Origin: Candidatus Moraniibacteriota bacterium
GTDB taxonomy: Bacteria; Patescibacteriota; Minisyncoccia; Moranbacterales; DUUL01
Reading direction: 5' to 3'
NCBI GenBank assembly: GCA_041583775.1
Contig: JBFHFF010000001.1
Span: 27,528-91,527 of the forward strand
DNA length: 64,000 nt
Part shown: positions 32,112 through 42,301 of the stretch, in pieces
Layout: every line of letters begins with the position of its first letter
How positions within the stretch are numbered: position 1 is the first letter of the stretch
Notes under the pieces: model-generated
The model's input: only the letters and a program-made list of their open reading frames with translations
What the model was told of the DNA's origin: nothing
Databases searched by the model: none
Program-made: the position numbers and the translations under genes

Positions 32112-32298
32112 TTCGGATAGGTTTTAGGGAGCCGTGATTGGCTCATTTTTTCCTCCTCTGACATCTTTTCTGCTTGAAGCTCTTTCACAGGTCCATAGCT
32201 CCTCCTTTAATCTCTTTTAGAGTTTTACCTAGCCAAATTAAAATTCATCAAAAAAATACAAATATTAATTTAGATAGACAATAAAACTATTTTAAATC

Positions 32299-33057
32299 TT
32301 ATCTTTTATCCCAAATAATTCTAAAAATATTTTTAAACATTTCTGCCAATGTTTTATTTTCAATTACTACACCACCCAACTTTCCTAAATAATCTATCAT
32401 AAATATCCTATTTCCATATATATTCATGCCTCCTCTAAAGGGATATTTCTCAAAAGGAACGAATAAATGTTCTTGCATCCTTCTTTTTCCAGCAATCTCA
32501 TAGTCAATTTTCCTTCCCTCTCTAGATGTATAAATAACTTTAGCATTAATCTTCTTTGCCATCCTTCGCTCCCTAACACCCTTCCATTTACTTTGCAAAG
32601 CTGAGTTCCTGAATTCATCATACGGGAGAAATGTATATACTTCTTCACCTTCCTCTAGATTGTTTACATAGTTATCATAAACAGCCTTCAGTCCTTCCGT
32701 TCCTTCAAAATATCTAATCTTAGGTTTATCACTAAAATCATTATATAGCAAATTCAATTCAGGAACAATTTTCTTTAATTTCTCAATTTTCTTATGAATT
32801 TCTTCCTCTTTTTGAGAAAAATGTTCAATTAATTGATATGGCTTTTCTGCTACATAAAATGTTTTTTTTCCTTCATCATAAGTTGACATCAATCCCATTT
32901 CCATCAAACTTTCGATGATTACATAGGTTGTTGCTCTATTTACCTTTGATTTCTGAGAAATTTTTTGTACAGATGATGGACCAGTTTGTATAGCAGCCAA
33001 ATAAACGCTTGCTTCTTTTTCAGAAAGACCTAATTTTTCTAATTCCTTATTCAACAT
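32299..33057 (-). CDS. TrmB-family transcriptional regulator
   Basis: N-terminal wHTH LSEKEASVYLAAIQTGPSSVQKISQKSKVNRATTYVIIESLMEMGL typical of TrmB. Confidence 0.75.
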   Translation of the reverse strand: MLNKELEKLGLSEKEASVYLAAIQTGPSSVQKISQKSKVNRATTYVIIESLMEMGLMSTYDEGKKTFYVAEKPYQLIEHFSQKEEEIHKKIEKLKKIVPELNLLYNDFSDKPKIRYFEGTEGLKAVYDNYVNNLEEGEEVYTFLPYDEFRNSALQSKWKGVRERRMAKKINAKVIYTSREGRKIDYEIAGKRRMQEHLFVPFEKYPFRGGMNIYGNRIFMIDYLGKLGGVVIENKTLAEMFKNIFRIIWDKR

Positions 33058-33168
33058 AAAACCAAATTATCTCTTTAGAATCTTATCTTTCAATAAAAAC
33101 AGCCGTTTCATCTTGTATAGCATACCTTTTACATTTTGTCCAGCCCTAATAAGTATTTAAGGGTGTTT

Positions 33169-35031
33169 CTATTTTTTATCTTTCAATGCGCTTGTTATCA
33201 TATCTCTTAAACCTCTTGTATCAATTTGTTTCTTTTCTGGTTCTTCTCCACCCACATTATTTAATGTTTTTTCTTCTTTTACTAATTGTTCAAAGGCTTT
33301 AGCAAAAGGTTTTTCGGTTCTTGAAGATTGATTCTTTTTTTCAACTTCTTCCCCTCTTTGAACCTCTGTCTTTTCCAAAACTGGTTTTACTGGCAAAGAA
33401 ACATCTTTACCATCTTTTGATTGCAACTGTAATTTAGATTGTTCTCTGCGATAATTTTTCAAACAATCCTTACAAAATATAGGCCTCTTGCCATCAGGCT
33501 TAAAAGGAATCTTAGTATCAACACCACATCCCCAACATTTTGTTGAAAACATCTCCCTATCATCATTCGCTGTCTCCGAGACATTCTCATCACTTTTTAT
33601 CTCAGACCTAATTTCTTTTTTATGAATATTTGCAGCGCTGTTCATTCCTTGACTTGTATTTGATGAATTTTTTTGTTCTCTTTGCGAATTCATTTCTTTT
33701 CCTTGGGCCAAGGCAGAAATTCTACTCTTAACTTCTGGCTTCACCATACCACTCCATTTCATAATCTTATCTTCAACAACATCTCTTTCCGAAGAATACC
33801 TCTCCCTGGAAGCTTGAATGATTTTATCTAAATTTTTTGAAGTCACTTCCATTTCAATCGGCTCTAAAGAGGCAGCAGAGAAAGGATCTGTTGCAACTCC
33901 ATTAATCATCAACTTTAAATACATGGTGTATTTATTCAAATTAACTAAATCATTAGCCATAAAAATTGGCTCAAATTCCTTCTCCAAAGTCTCAGAATCC
34001 ATTGCACCAATTCTAAATGAAGCAATTGTTCCAACATTTCCGAATACAGCATCTCTAACAGTTTCCTCTAATTGTGCAATATATTGATGTGCTAAAATAA
34101 GATTTAAACGATATTTTCGAGCTTCCGATAGAATGCCCGCAAAAGATTCTGTCGCAAAGTTTTGAAACTCATCCACATAGAGATAGAAATCCTTTCTTTC
34201 ACTCTCTGGAATGTCCACTCTAGACATAGCCGCAAGTTGAATTTTTGTGATCATCATAGCCCCTAAAAGTGCACTGTTATCCTCTCCAATTCTACCCTTT
34301 GAAAGATTCATAATTAAAATTTTCTCACTATCCATCGCCTCTCGAACATCAAAAGCTGATTTTGTTTGACCAACTATATTTCGGATAAGTGTTGTTGAAA
34401 GAAATTGCCCTACCTTATTTTGGATCGGAGAAATTGCTTCAGTTAACATTCTGTCATTATATTTTGAAAATTCATCCTCCCAAAAAGCCCTAACCAAAGG
34501 ATCAGTTACATGCTCCATAACTCTTGCTCGATACTCTTTGTCAATTAAAATCCTTGTTACACCCAAAAGTGTTGAGTCTGGATCCTCTAAAAGCGCCAAA
34601 ATTGCATTTCTTAAGATATATTCCAATCTTGGACCCCAAGAATCAGCCCAAATTTTCTTAAAAACACCAACAAGCCCAGATGCAATTAAGTGTCTAAATT
34701 CCTGATCTTGACATTCAAGTACATTCAGAGCAACTGGATGTTTTAAATCCGAAGGATTAAAATAAATCACATCATTGATTCGATGAGCTGGAACTGCCTT
34801 CAAACACTCTTCAGCAAACTCACCATGAGGATCAATAACAGCCATACCCTTACCATTTCTAATATCCTGAATGGCCATGTTTTGTATCATGGTTGTTTTT
34901 CCCATTCCTGTTTTACCAATAACATACATATGCCTTCGCCTGTCATCAGTCTTGATTCCAAAAGCACTTTGTTTATTTCTGTAATTAGTCTTTGCGAAAA
35001 AGTTTATTTCTTGGTTTTCAAATTTATTCAT
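33169..35031 (-). CDS. VirD4/TraG/TrwB-like (type IV coupling protein family) P-loop ATPase without N-terminal TM, with C-terminal CxxC..CxxC zinc ribbon
   Basis: Walker A GKTGMGKTT, Walker B LYVDEFQNF, LILAHQYIAQLE motif resembling the T4CP Q-rich region, C-terminal CWGCG...CKDC. Confidence 0.7.
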   Translation of the reverse strand: MNKFENQEINFFAKTNYRNKQSAFGIKTDDRRRHMYVIGKTGMGKTTMIQNMAIQDIRNGKGMAVIDPHGEFAEECLKAVPAHRINDVIYFNPSDLKHPVALNVLECQDQEFRHLIASGLVGVFKKIWADSWGPRLEYILRNAILALLEDPDSTLLGVTRILIDKEYRARVMEHVTDPLVRAFWEDEFSKYNDRMLTEAISPIQNKVGQFLSTTLIRNIVGQTKSAFDVREAMDSEKILIMNLSKGRIGEDNSALLGAMMITKIQLAAMSRVDIPESERKDFYLYVDEFQNFATESFAGILSEARKYRLNLILAHQYIAQLEETVRDAVFGNVGTIASFRIGAMDSETLEKEFEPIFMANDLVNLNKYTMYLKLMINGVATDPFSAASLEPIEMEVTSKNLDKIIQASRERYSSERDVVEDKIMKWSGMVKPEVKSRISALAQGKEMNSQREQKNSSNTSQGMNSAANIHKKEIRSEIKSDENVSETANDDREMFSTKCWGCGVDTKIPFKPDGKRPIFCKDCLKNYRREQSKLQLQSKDGKDVSLPVKPVLEKTEVQRGEEVEKKNQSSRTEKPFAKAFEQLVKEEKTLNNVGGEEPEKKQIDTRGLRDMITSALKDKK

Positions 35032-35081
35032 CTTGTTTTTTGCTTGATTTTCTTGACTTTTCTAAAAAAATACATTGTGCA

Positions 35082-35110
35082 ATTATAATACATTCATCTT
35101 GTTATTGCAA
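35082..35110 (-). promoter_or_regulatory. Possible internal promoter in front of the ATPase gene
   Basis: On minus, TTGCAA-17nt-TATAAT. Confidence 0.4.
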
Positions 35111-36502
35111 TGATTCTTCAAATTCTATCGGGAGATTAGCTGGGGCACTACCCTTCTTGGCATGAATCCTTGAAACATTAGGAGATTGAACGGAAATGTC
35201 AGGGAAATGAAATACTGTTGCCAGCTCTTCAATATTAAAAACAAAGCCACCATGCGAAAAACTTCTATCTCTAAAATTCTGAACAATCCTTCTTTGTCTA
35301 AAAGTTAACCTAGATCCTATGAAATGATACAGTGCAAAAGTCTTAGATCTTGGATCTGGCATAAATGAATTAAGATTTGTGTCTCCAAATTGTTTTATAG
35401 CGCCCATAACACCAGCAACTCCAAGTGCCTTATTAAAATTCTCCCTTCTTCCAATATACACAAAGCGCAATGTTGTTTTAAAGGCAATTTTTGCGATGTT
35501 CTCATAAACAGCTTTCACTTTTTCCTGCTCATCTGGAGACAACCTATTGATATTAAAATCCTCTTTTACAATTTCTTCTGCTGAACTCCCCTCTGGTGAC
35601 ACTAATTCGGCCTCAGAAACAAACATTCCGCGAAGAACATTTCCGGGTAAAACAAAAAGTTCTCCAAGATACCCAAAAATACTCTTTTTGGGCTTCGCAC
35701 CATCGCCTTTTCCAATCATCTTGTTTATATATTCAACACTTTGAGGATGCCACTGACTCTCTGAAATTGGAGTAAATACTAATTGCAACCAAACATTTTG
35801 ATTTTTCCCAAGAGCACTCATAACTTCAGTAAGAGATGATAATGGATCAATCATAAGTCCCGATATCTCTTCTTTAAACTGTTTGTGTGTTCTAATGGGC
35901 AGTTGATCCTCCTTGACCAACTGTAATGTTGTGCCCCAAACATCCCATTCTGCATTAGGAAGATTTTTTGGGGTGTGTGTCCAAACATAATCATCCACTT
36001 CAAAGACCTCTGTATCAGGATATTGAGCATATATCTGTGCCTCAACATTATTCCTAGCCATAGCAGGACATCTTATGTAAAAATGAACACTTCCAGAGTG
36101 AGAGGCAATTTCGAAAGAAAATTTATCTTGATTAGTTCTCCAACCACAATATTTCTCAAATTTATTAATTCCTGAATATGTATGTAGCCCATGAAATACC
36201 TGTTCCATTATTTTTGGACCTTTTTCAGTATCAGCGGGTGGGATAATTTCCAAAACAATATTTTTAGTCCCCATGGCCCACATTAAATCAATATACTCCT
36301 CCCAAACTAAAAGAAAGAGTTTCCAAATTGGTACTGGCAAGACAACCCACCAAATATTTTTAAACAGATCTTTCAGGATTATAAAAAAAACAATATCACC
36401 ATTAGCAATCATCATCACAATCACCAAAAACAAAAGCAGAATAACTATGCCGCCTAGAATTATTGTTGATCTATTTTTCGAATTTATATTTTTAAATAGC
36501 AT
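35102..36502 (-). CDS. Membrane-anchored hypothetical protein (two N-terminal TM helices plus about 400 aa soluble domain)
   Basis: Hydrophobic N-terminus; no recognisable motif; upstream of and co-oriented with the T4CP-like ATPase. Confidence 0.6.
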   Translation of the reverse strand: MLFKNINSKNRSTIILGGIVILLLFLVIVMMIANGDIVFFIILKDLFKNIWWVVLPVPIWKLFLLVWEEYIDLMWAMGTKNIVLEIIPPADTEKGPKIMEQVFHGLHTYSGINKFEKYCGWRTNQDKFSFEIASHSGSVHFYIRCPAMARNNVEAQIYAQYPDTEVFEVDDYVWTHTPKNLPNAEWDVWGTTLQLVKEDQLPIRTHKQFKEEISGLMIDPLSSLTEVMSALGKNQNVWLQLVFTPISESQWHPQSVEYINKMIGKGDGAKPKKSIFGYLGELFVLPGNVLRGMFVSEAELVSPEGSSAEEIVKEDFNINRLSPDEQEKVKAVYENIAKIAFKTTLRFVYIGRRENFNKALGVAGVMGAIKQFGDTNLNSFMPDPRSKTFALYHFIGSRLTFRQRRIVQNFRDRSFSHGGFVFNIEELATVFHFPDISVQSPNVSRIHAKKGSAPANLPIEFEESLQ

Positions 36503-36552
36503 TTGTTTTTATTTCCAATGCATAAACTTCAAGAGACATTGCCTTTCTAACC

Positions 36553-37632
36553 TTAAACGATTTGTTTCTTTAAAGTAAATTTTCCATCATTAGTTTTATG
36601 AAAAATATTTCTATCAGCCAAAGTAACTTTAACAGTAGTTTCTTTGACTTGTTTTTTTGAAAGCACATACTCTATTATCAATTCTCTGTCTAATGGTTTT
36701 TCTTGTTTATTCAGAAAAGAAAAGATTACTTCTTTAACAGTTCCTTCTGGAAATCCCCAGTTATTCAAACCATAGATACCTCTCCCTACCAAAACAAATC
36801 TATCATCCTTAATCAATTCATTATGAACTGTTTGTGGAAGAGCCTCTTTTTTATTTACCCAATAAGTATTTATGTGCTTTGTTATTTTTCTAAAATGCAA
36901 TGGTGTGTCGTGTTTTTTAAGAACCAAGAAAGCCTTCTCTCTTGCGCCTCGCTCAGAAATTATTTTCCAATTTTTCATCCCCCACTCTTCAAGAATATTT
37001 TTATTTACAAACCTGCTCATCTCTAAAATCATCCTCAATCGCTTAGAACCAGTTTCTCCTGCAAAAAAATCTGCATATTCTGAATTTCTAAATTCCAAAA
37101 GTATATCCTGAAAAAGACTTGGGACCTTGTTTGCCTTAATGAACCTAACAACTGCATTGTGAGCCTTTAAAACTTCCCTATCTATCTTGTCACCCCTCAG
37201 AAACCAGAAACCTCTCATGCTCAGCTTTCCCTTCTTAAAACTCAATTTTTTTGAACTATTTAAAATAAACATAACCTGATTTCGCTCTTTTTTAGTTATA
37301 TTCTCTTTTAAAGTTTCTTTTAATTTTCTTTTTTCACAAAAACCACCATTCTCTTCGATTGTTTTAATAGCAATACCTACCAAAACATTAAAATCATCAT
37401 CTTTTTTAACAGCTTGGAGCTTTTTAAAACTATCGCCTTCAATCTGCCTCACTCTTTCTCTGGTAATTTTAAATTCATCACCAATTTTACCTAAAACTTT
37501 TGGATCTTTTCCATCCAATCCAAATCTTTTAATAATAATCTCACGAGGTCTTTCTTTTAAATTGTCTAAAAGTTTTTTCGTAATCTTATTCAGTGCGAGA
37601 CTTGACATCACCTCTTTGCCCATACAACCCAA
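36553..37632 (-). CDS. Sigma-70 region 4 domain protein with about 280 aa C-terminal extension
   Basis: ERPREIIIKRFGLDGKDPKVLGKIGDEFKITRERVRQIE is a close match to the RpoD region 4.2 HTH. Confidence 0.65.
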   Translation of the reverse strand: MGCMGKEVMSSLALNKITKKLLDNLKERPREIIIKRFGLDGKDPKVLGKIGDEFKITRERVRQIEGDSFKKLQAVKKDDDFNVLVGIAIKTIEENGGFCEKRKLKETLKENITKKERNQVMFILNSSKKLSFKKGKLSMRGFWFLRGDKIDREVLKAHNAVVRFIKANKVPSLFQDILLEFRNSEYADFFAGETGSKRLRMILEMSRFVNKNILEEWGMKNWKIISERGAREKAFLVLKKHDTPLHFRKITKHINTYWVNKKEALPQTVHNELIKDDRFVLVGRGIYGLNNWGFPEGTVKEVIFSFLNKQEKPLDRELIIEYVLSKKQVKETTVKVTLADRNIFHKTNDGKFTLKKQIV

Positions 37633-37701
37633 AATTAGTAATTATCTTTTAAATAAAGCATTTTTTTGCACAAAATAATATGCCATTCAATACTTTGGCG
37701 T

Positions 37702-37730
37702 ATAATAACACAATAACCAAAAATTGTCAA
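37702..37730 (-). promoter_or_regulatory. Consensus sigma70 promoter with extended -10, driving the sigma-r4/membrane/ATPase operon
   Basis: On minus, TTGACA-17nt-TGtTATTAT. Confidence 0.55.
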
Positions 37731-37758
37731 ATGTTTAATTCTACCACTATCCAGCTAC

Positions 37759-38199
37759 CTAAACCCCCATAATCTGCACATAAAAATCTCTCGTTCTAGC
37801 TCCATCCAGTTCTACAAAAAAAACACTCTGTTGTTCTCCGAGTAACATCCTTCCTTTCTCTATCGGAATTGATTCACTAGAGCCTAAAAGCATCACTTTA
37901 CAATGACTATGTCCATTACTCCTACCATCGGATGTTCTTTTATTTGTAAGTTCAAACATGTCATGCGCATATCTTTCGTCAACCGGAACCAATCTATATA
38001 ATATACGAACCAAATCTTGTTTCAACATCTCTTCATTGTGATTTATCATCACAGAAGCTGTTGTGTGCGGAGAGAAAACATTAACAACGCCATCCTTAAT
38101 CCCAGAAAGTTCTATAAATTCCTCGATTTGTTCTGTTACATCTAAAAAATCAACCTGTTTTTCGGTTGAAAATTCAATTCTCTTGATTCTTATTTTCAT
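37759..38199 (-). CDS. YjbQ (UPF0047) family secondary thiamine-phosphate synthase-like protein
   Basis: SPHTTASVMINHNEE and the family-typical core. Confidence 0.75.
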   Translation of the reverse strand: MKIRIKRIEFSTEKQVDFLDVTEQIEEFIELSGIKDGVVNVFSPHTTASVMINHNEEMLKQDLVRILYRLVPVDERYAHDMFELTNKRTSDGRSNGHSHCKVMLLGSSESIPIEKGRMLLGEQQSVFFVELDGARTRDFYVQIMGV

Positions 38200-38349
38200 T
38201 TTATTTTTGCTGTAAAGTTTATCTTTTAATTTTATTATACTGCAATTACATAGATATGTAAAACATTAAAAAACAATGCAAAAAAACCAGCAACTTAACA
38301 AAAAATTCATTTTCCAATAGAAATAAACTCTCGATTCACAACTACAAAA

Positions 38350-38380
38350 CAAACAAAACCGCCCAAAAGGCGGTTTTGTT
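38350..38380. terminator. Bidirectional intrinsic terminator after hup
   Basis: aaaaccgcc-caaaa-ggcggtttt. Confidence 0.75.
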
Positions 38381-38399
38381 TTAAAGTGGATAAAGAAGA

Positions 38400-38675
38400 T
38401 TACCCCCTAACTGAATCTTTAAGACCTTTTCCAGCCTTAAACTTTGGTACCTTAACTGCAGGAATTTGAATTTTTTCTCTTGTTGCAGGATTAATTCCTT
38501 CTCTTGCTGCTCTGTGAGAAACTGAGAAAGTTCCGAATCCCGTGAAAGCTACTACGTCTTCTTTTTGAAGTGAGTCCTTAATTACATCCAAAACTGCTTC
38601 GATTACCATTTCTGTATCTTTTTTGCTTTGTCCAGTTTTTGCTGCGACTGCATCTACTACTGCGCTTTTGTTCAT
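38400..38675 (-). CDS. hup: DNA-binding protein HU
   Basis: MNKSAVVDAVAAKTG...GFGTF..R.AR.GINP signature. Confidence 0.9.
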   Translation of the reverse strand: MNKSAVVDAVAAKTGQSKKDTEMVIEAVLDVIKDSLQKEDVVAFTGFGTFSVSHRAAREGINPATREKIQIPAVKVPKFKAGKGLKDSVRG

Positions 38676-38799
38676 AGTATCACCTCCGTTCTAGTTATTA
38701 ATTATTTTTATTTAAATTTAACATTTTTTTGTTATCTTTAGACATTCTACATCATTTCCCCTAGTTTAGGCAATAGTAAGAAAAAAATCAAATATTTTT

Positions 38800-40317
38800 T
38801 TATCTAGCATATTCAACCGACCTTGTCTCTCTTAGAACATTAACCTTAATTTCTCCAGGATAATTTAAATCTTCTTCTATTTTTTGTGCTATTTTTTTGG
38901 CCAGTTTAAGCGAATCTAGATCTCCAATTTTATCAGGATTTACAAAAACACGAATTTCTCTTCCTGCTTGAATAGCGTAACATTTATCAACCTCTCCAAA
39001 AGACAACACTACCTCTTCTAATTCTCTTAATCTCTTTAGATAATTTTCCAGAGTATCTTTTCTCGCTCCTGGTCGTGATGCACTTAAGGCGTCTGCTGCT
39101 GCAATAATGAATCCATAGTTATCTCTAAATGGATAATCTTCATGGTGTGACTTAACTGCATCAATAATCTTTTTTGGCTGATTGAATTTCTCTAAAATAC
39201 TAACACCAATCTCCACATGTGTCCCTTGTACCTCATGGTCAACTGACTTTCCAATATCATGAAGCAATCCAGCTTTTTTTGCAATTGCTGAGTCTAATCC
39301 CAGCTCTGAAGCCAACATCCCTGATATATGAGCAACTTCCAAAGAATGCAATAAAACATTTTGCCCATAACTAGTTCTATATTTTAAACGCCCCAATAAT
39401 TGAGATAGTTTATTATCAAGACCTGGAATTCCAACATCATAAACGGCTGCTTCACCAGCTTCCTTAATTCTCCTATTAAGCTCTTCCCGAGCTTTTTCAA
39501 CAGATTCTTCTATTTTTGATGGATGAATTCTTCCATCTTCAATAAGCCTCTCAAGTGCAATTTTAGCAGTTTCTCTACGAATTGGATCAAAACCAGAAAT
39601 CACAATAGCCTCTGGTGTATCATCCACAATCACTTCCGCGCCTGTCAACCGCTCAAGAGCCTTGATATTACGACCTTCTCTACCAATAATCCTTCCTTTC
39701 ATTTCATCAGAAGGAATTGACACTGTTGTTGTTGTTGTGTCTGTGGCATGTGAACCCGCATAACGCTGCATTGCGGTCGCCATCATATTCTTTGCTTCCT
39801 TTTCCACCTCTTCTTTCTTGTCTCTTTCTAGAGAACTGATTTTTTTAAGAATTTCATCTTTACTGTCTTTTTCTGCAATTGAAATTAACACTTTTTTTGC
39901 ATCTTCCTTTTTCATTTCTGCAATCTTTTCAAGACGCTCAACTTGTTGCTCTTTAACACGCAAAACTTCTTCTCTAACTTTTCTAATGTCATTTGCTTTG
40001 TTTTGCAAAACATTTCTTTCTTTCTCAAGTTGAGAAATTCTGTTGTCAATTTTTTGTTCCTTAGCCTCCAAACGATTTTCCGCATTCTGTAAATTCTCCC
40101 TTCTTTCTTTTTCTTCTTTTTTAACTTCCTCCAAAACTTCAACAGCTTTATTTTTCGCATCAACTAACTGTTGCTTAACTTTAATTTCAGCATCCTCAAG
40201 AATTCTAGTAGCTTTTGCTTCAGCTGTTCCAGCTTGATTTTTTGCAATCACTTTCCTCGCAAAATAACCACCAGAAGAACCCACCAAAAGGGCCACCAGA
40301 CCAATCACGATTTCCAT
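38800..40317 (-). CDS. rny: Ribonuclease Y
   Basis: N-terminal TM and coiled coil, KH domain GRIIGREGRNI, HD domain LLHDIGK. Confidence 0.9.
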   Translation of the reverse strand: MEIVIGLVALLVGSSGGYFARKVIAKNQAGTAEAKATRILEDAEIKVKQQLVDAKNKAVEVLEEVKKEEKERRENLQNAENRLEAKEQKIDNRISQLEKERNVLQNKANDIRKVREEVLRVKEQQVERLEKIAEMKKEDAKKVLISIAEKDSKDEILKKISSLERDKKEEVEKEAKNMMATAMQRYAGSHATDTTTTTVSIPSDEMKGRIIGREGRNIKALERLTGAEVIVDDTPEAIVISGFDPIRRETAKIALERLIEDGRIHPSKIEESVEKAREELNRRIKEAGEAAVYDVGIPGLDNKLSQLLGRLKYRTSYGQNVLLHSLEVAHISGMLASELGLDSAIAKKAGLLHDIGKSVDHEVQGTHVEIGVSILEKFNQPKKIIDAVKSHHEDYPFRDNYGFIIAAADALSASRPGARKDTLENYLKRLRELEEVVLSFGEVDKCYAIQAGREIRVFVNPDKIGDLDSLKLAKKIAQKIEEDLNYPGEIKVNVLRETRSVEYAR

Positions 40318-40603
40318 AATTTTTTACATGAATCGCTGCAAAACTAAAAATTACCGCTCATTTATTGAGCATTTTTTTATAAAAAGATTTTTAATAAGCG
40401 TAATATAACTTCTATTATTCATTTTTATCTTCCATAATTTCTCTAGATTGCAACTATTCCTCGTACTTTATCTAGTTAACTTTCAAATGAAAAAACTTAC
40501 TTTTTCATTACCTAATACTACCTTTTTTCACCAAAGAAGTCAAAGTATAAGCAATTAACTTTGACTTTTGGCTCTAAAAAAGTTCTCCTAAAAAACAATT
40601 TCG

Positions 40604-41452
40604 CTACTTTCCCTTGAACATTTTTATTTTCTCTTGCACAACCAGTTGAACTTTATCTCTTGCCAAACCCAATAGTTTTCTAGGATCAGACACATCACAT
40701 CCAGAAACAGTTTCTTGACAAATCGTGGTCAAAAAAGCCACTCTTATATCCGTATCCACATTAAAACAACAAATTCCACCCTCAATTGCTTTCTTCACAT
40801 TTTCAGCTTGCCAATCAGAAGCTCCATGCATAATCAGTGGTGTATTGGGAATTAATCTACGGATTTCAGCCAAACGATCCCAATCAGGAATATCTCTCTC
40901 CTTAAAAAATCCATGGGCATTGCCAATACCAACTGCCAAAGCATCTATCTCAGTTTTCTCAACCAATTCCTTCGCTTGTATTGGATTTGTCATCACGGAA
41001 TCCCAATCAATTTCCTGATCCTCTCTTCCAAGATATGGAACAGCGCCAAGTTCGGCCTGAACAGTAACTCCATGTCTGTGAGCATAATCAACGACCTGCT
41101 TTGTTACTTTGATGTTATCTTCAAATGATTTTATTGACGCATCAATCATAACTGAATCGGCCCCAGCTTCAATTGCACTAACAACATCATCAAAATTTTT
41201 TCCATGATCTAAATGAAAACCAATTTTAGCACTTTCAGATTCACATTCAATAACACTTGAGACTAACTTTCCCATCACATTTGAATTTGCATACTTAAAG
41301 CCACTTGTTGTAACTTGAACAACACAAGGCCCTTCTTCTTTTGCTGCACGCACTATTGCTTGCGTTAATTCAAGATTTGAAGTGTTAAAAGCACCAACTG
41401 CATAATTTCCTCTCATGGCATCCCGAAGAATTTCAATCGTTTTACCTCTCAT
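40604..41452 (-). CDS. fba: Class II fructose-bisphosphate aldolase
   Basis: HLDHG, zinc-ligand histidines and NVDTD motif. Confidence 0.9.
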   Translation of the reverse strand: MRGKTIEILRDAMRGNYAVGAFNTSNLELTQAIVRAAKEEGPCVVQVTTSGFKYANSNVMGKLVSSVIECESESAKIGFHLDHGKNFDDVVSAIEAGADSVMIDASIKSFEDNIKVTKQVVDYAHRHGVTVQAELGAVPYLGREDQEIDWDSVMTNPIQAKELVEKTEIDALAVGIGNAHGFFKERDIPDWDRLAEIRRLIPNTPLIMHGASDWQAENVKKAIEGGICCFNVDTDIRVAFLTTICQETVSGCDVSDPRKLLGLARDKVQLVVQEKIKMFKGK

Positions 41453-41463
41453 TTTTTCTTAAT

Positions 41464-42255
41464 TTAATTTTGATTATCTATAACTTTGGCAATTCTGACT
41501 AAATCATACGGCAATAGACTAGCACTACCAATTAATGCACCATCCATTCCCGAATTTACACACACTTCTTTTACATTATCACCCTTCACACTACCTCCGT
41601 ATAAAATTCTTATCTTATTCGCAACAGCTTCTCCGTACATTTTCATTACAAGTCTTTTGATTAACAATCTTGCTTCCATAATTTCGTTTGAATTTGGTAG
41701 GTGGTCTGGATTATTTGCGCTAATCGCCCAAACTGGCTCATAGCAAAGAATTAGGCTATCCATTTTTGCAGAAGAAATATCCATCAAACACTCTTTGAAT
41801 TGTTTTTTAATAACTTCCAATGTCTCATCATTTGCTTTTTCTTCAGCACTTTCACCCATACAAAGAATTGGTGTTAATCCAGACTTCAAAGCAGCTTTCA
41901 CTTTCAAATTAATCATATTATTGGTTTCTCCAAAATATTTTCGTCTTTCGGAATGACCCAAAATAACATATTTACCACCAACACTTTTTATCATTGCAGG
42001 GCTATCCTCACCAGTAAAAGCACCTTTTTGCTCCCAAAAACAATTTTGTGCGCCAAAACTAACATCTTCATGATCTATTTTGCCAGTAAATTGGCTAAGC
42101 AAAGCAATTGGAGGACACAAAACTATTTCTCCCCTCTTGAGATCTAAATTTTCAGTTGCTTTTTCAAAATTATCAATCCAACTATTAAATTCAAAGGTCA
42201 TATTTAGACTCATTTTAAAATTCGCAACTGTTATTTTTTTTCTATTACTTATCAT
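41464..42255 (-). CDS. tpiA: Triose-phosphate isomerase
   Basis: ILGHSERR, YEPVWAI and YGGSV motifs. Confidence 0.9.
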   Translation of the reverse strand: MISNRKKITVANFKMSLNMTFEFNSWIDNFEKATENLDLKRGEIVLCPPIALLSQFTGKIDHEDVSFGAQNCFWEQKGAFTGEDSPAMIKSVGGKYVILGHSERRKYFGETNNMINLKVKAALKSGLTPILCMGESAEEKANDETLEVIKKQFKECLMDISSAKMDSLILCYEPVWAISANNPDHLPNSNEIMEARLLIKRLVMKMYGEAVANKIRILYGGSVKGDNVKEVCVNSGMDGALIGSASLLPYDLVRIAKVIDNQN

Positions 42256-42301
42256 CTCTTAATAATTCAAACATTTAAAAATAAACGATACACCCCATTT
42301 T

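Noticed and set aside
40535-40568. Hairpin aagtcaaag ... ctttgactt downstream of fba
   Set aside because: No adjacent U-run on either strand, so it is not called as an intrinsic terminator. Possibly an RNA stability element.
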